Positions 60,496-64,000 of a DNA stretch of 64,000 bases are shown piece by piece. The position numbers and the translations under genes were made by a program. This DNA is from the human T2T-CHM13v2.0 reference genome, Homo sapiens, in NCBI RefSeq assembly GCF_009914755.1, contig NC_060928.1; one strand, 5' to 3'. Below the pieces are notes generated by a model. The model was not told the origin of the DNA, ran no database searches, and saw only the letters and a program-made list of their open reading frames with translations. How positions within the stretch are numbered: the stretch's first letter is position 1; the number at the start of each line of letters is the position of its first letter.

Positions 60496-61601
60496 TAGGA
60501 CTTGACAAGCTGATTCTAAAATTTATATGAAAGATCAAAAGACTAATAGCCAATACTCCCCTTGGAAGCTGGAAGGAGTTTCCTTATCAAGAATTATAAT
60601 TAAAGCAGCATTTTATTGGTACGAAGATAAACAAATAGACCAGTGGAATGAAACTGAGAGCCCAGAAACAGAACCATAAAAAATGGACTATTACCCGTGT
60701 GGCACGGCAAGTCAGTGGGGAAACGATAGACTTGGAATAAATGGTACTGAGACATTTGGTAGTCCATAAGAGAAAAGGTGAAAATGGAACACGTGTCTCA
60801 CACCACACACACAAAATGAATTCCACGTGTACTGAATACCTAAATGTGAAAGGCAAAAACTATATAGAACTTTTCAAAGACAGTGTAAGAAAATATCTTT
60901 TTTGCCTCAGGACAGAGAAGGATTTTGTTTAAAAAGACACAAAATTGCAAATTGGAAAAAAATAATAGATTTGACTATATTAAAAATAAGAACTTAATGG
61001 TCTTTTGATGAAAGTGAAATAACAGTCCACAAATTAAGAGAATATAACTGCAACACGTCACAAAACAATCAGCATCCAAAGCCTATTTTTAAGCTCCCAA
61101 AAATCAGTCTAAAAAAAAAAAACCATAGAACAGAAAAACCCAAAAACCTTACAAAGGCATTTCACAGACGAAGGAAACAGAATGGCTAATAAACATACGA
61201 AGTATTCACCTTTATTTGTTATCAAGGAAATGTGAATTCAAAAGGATGTGAAGCCATCAAAACACAAATGCTTCTATAATCACTTAAACCATCTGACATT
61301 ATCTAGTAAAGATGTGTGTCACCTATGACTCAGTAATTCCAGTCTTAGGTGTGTGCCCCAAAGGAATAGATCTTAAAATCCTGTATGTCTCTGCCAGATA
61401 CCCTCCCCTTCGTTTCCTGCTTTACACATTAGAATAACCTATGTGCTTATAAATACATGTGGCTGGGCCCCAGACATTACATTTCAATTGGTCCAGAGTG
61501 GGGCCCAAGCATCTATGGTTTTTAAAAGCTTCCCACTAATTCTGGTACTCTAAGGATTGAGAACCACTGCCACAAAGAAACTCATGTATTATGAATTAAT
61601 A

Positions 61602-61672
61602 TTAGGTTGGTGCCAAAGTCATTGCCATTAAAAGTAATGGCAAAAACTGCAATTACTTTTGCACCAAACTAA
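61602..61672. mobile_element. MADE1 (Hsmar1-derived MITE)
   Basis: TTAGGTTGGTGCCAAAG...CTTTTGCACCAAACTAA palindrome with TA TSD. Confidence 0.92.
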
Positions 61673-62014
61673 TACAAAGTCTAATGAAAGTTCCCATCAC
61701 TACTTTTGTTTGTAATAACAAAAAACTGCAAATAACTGCAAAAAACTGCAAATAACCCATATGTCCATAATGGTAGAATGGATAGATTGAGGTATATATT
61801 CATTCAGTAGAATACCAATACAGTAGTGAAAATGAAAGTAAATTTCTGCTATACAAACAATGTACATTAATGACAAGAAAATAATGTCAGATGAAAGTAA
61901 ATCACAAAATACATGCAGTATGATCCTATTAATATAAAAATTCAGAAACCTTTAAGATTAAATAATATGTGGTTTGGGATTACAAATGTAAAACTAAAGA
62001 AAAGAGAATGATAA

Positions 62015-62463
<449 letters not shown>

Positions 62464-63074
62464 TAAATCTTATTTTATATCAATTCAACACTTGATTTAA
62501 ATATTTAAAATCAAATTCATATATGTGGATATGCATATATCTTTACTGATAGATAATGAAACCTAGACATTTATAGATAAGATCTAGGACCAAAGGAGAT
62601 TTTAGTGCCTTGATCAAGGTCCAAGCCAGGTATTAACAGAGCTGATATTCCACACAACACCAAATTCCCTCTCAAAGTGCCAAACACTTCCTTTTCTCTA
62701 TTGATATCAGGGATGACACAGATATAAACATATACCACCTCCAAGGACAAAACAGTGTCTGGTATCTTCATTAGCAGGCAATGGTTAATTGTAATGAGGT
62801 GATATGGCTCTTACTTAAAAGGTGGTGGATAACTCCCATCAGTTATAGTTTTATAAACCTTAAAGATCTATACTATTATTTGCTAGAAGTGATAACAAGA
62901 GAGGAACACAGAACTTTTAAACAAACTGTTGAAAATCATAACTTAGAGAATATTTGTAGATGAGAAAGTACTAAGAAAGTAAAAATAGCTTTTCCAGGAA
63001 AGTTAAATGTGTAATATCAATGGTGTCAAAGATTATTAGTTCTCATGGCTATATGCTTTGGGATCCTCTACTTC

Positions 63075-63235
63075 AATGTTTCTCATTGTATTTATTAAAC
63101 AACTGGGAATCTTGTTGAAATGCATATTCTGATTCAATAGGTTTTGTGTCGCCCAAGATTCTGCATTTCTTACAAGCTCCCAAGTAGCATCAATGCTGCT
63201 GTTCCACAGCCCCTGCAGTTCAAGTTGCAAAGCTT
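63075..63235. mobile_element. MER5-type element
   Basis: AAATGCATATTCTGATTCAATAGG...CCCAAGATTCTGCATTTCT. Confidence 0.7.
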
Positions 63236-63288
63236 TGAAGTGTAAAGTTACATCATTTGTGCCTCTGAATGACACTAGGCACCAAGGA

Positions 63289-63432
63289 TATATATATCCT
63301 TCATATATATGGTATATATCCTTCATATATATGGTATATATATATCAATATATATGATATATATATCCTTCATACATTATATATATGAATGTATATGATA
63401 TATGTCCTTCATATATATGATATATGTATATG
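63289..63432. repeat. TA-rich low-complexity repeat with recurrent TATATCCTTCATATATATG units
   Basis: Seen directly in the sequence. Confidence 0.85.
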
Positions 63433-63785
63433 AAGGAATACTAGTCAGCCATAAAAAGGAATGAATTAACAGCATTTGCAGTGACCTGGATGAGATTGGA
63501 GACTATTATTCAGAGTGAAGTAACTCAGGAATGGAAAACAAAACATTGTATGTTCTCACTGATATGTGGGAGTTAAGCTATGAGGATGCAAAGGCATAAG
63601 AATGATACAATGGGCTTTGGGGACTCGGCGGCAAGAGGGGGTTGCAAGGGATAGAAGACTACAAATATGGTGCAGTGTAGACTGCTCGGGTGATGGGTGC
63701 ACCAAAATCTCACAAATCGCCAGTAAAGAACTTACTCATGTAAGCTGACACCACCTCTACCCCAATAACTTATGGAAAATTTTTT
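63433..63785 (+). mobile_element. L1PB-like 3' end
   Basis: CAGCCATAAAAAGGAATGAATTAA...GAAGTAACTCAGGAATGGAAAA...CTGCTCGGGTGATGGGTGCACCAAAATCTCACAAATC. Confidence 0.87.
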
Positions 63786-63967
63786 AAAAAGAGAGGATGG
63801 GGGAAGAAAGTCAAAAGGCGGTGGGATAGATGAAACAGGGAAGAAGAATATATTAACATAGATGGAGAAAGCGTTATAGGACCAACAGGCTCATGTGCCT
63901 GCTGCAGTAACAGACCAATTACACAGAGATAGCGGAGATGCCACACACAGTTTAATGACTGTAGGTG

Positions 63968-64000
63968 TCTGGGCACGTGGCTCACGCCTGTAATTTCCAC
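63968..64000 (+). mobile_element. Start of an Alu, cut by the window edge
   Basis: CTGGGCACGTGGCTCACGCCTGTAAT. Confidence 0.8.

Noticed and set aside
62571-62963. Small ORFs downstream of the gene
   Set aside because: No recognisable homology or supporting splice or promoter context

Overview
This is primate, most likely human, genomic DNA carrying the complete EXOC1 (SEC3, exocyst subunit 1) gene on the + strand. The gene has a CpG-island promoter at about 7.6-8.3 kb, a non-coding first exon, and 18 coding exons from 12469 to 58646. By hand these splice at GT-AG sites into 2685 nt, or 894 aa plus stop, followed by a ~0.5 kb 3'UTR with AATAAA signals. The rest is typical interspersed repeats: an L1PA 3' end, older L1/L2/MIR, more than 20 Alus, solo LTRs with intact TSDs, MADE1/MADE2/MER47/MER5 elements and a U6 pseudogene. 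The most interesting signal is a set of candidate cassette exons outside the 894-aa frame. Intron 4 has a 21-nt microexon (ELPKVTE) next to a CTCF motif, and intron 10 has a 24-nt microexon (GQRRLSLM, a PKA-type site). Intron 8 has a cluster: 9-nt YFE, 54-nt FTQALLQLYNRSYFLSVP, an exon encoding LFMILLLAL-stop, and a terminal exon with a polyA signal. Together these could give a short Sec3 (PH domain plus coiled coil) ending in a hydrophobic tail. There is also a ~200-bp local duplication bracketing exon 17. All candidate exons are predictions from splice signals and reading frame and need RNA and conservation evidence. Repeat names are from recognition, not a database search, and their boundaries are approximate.
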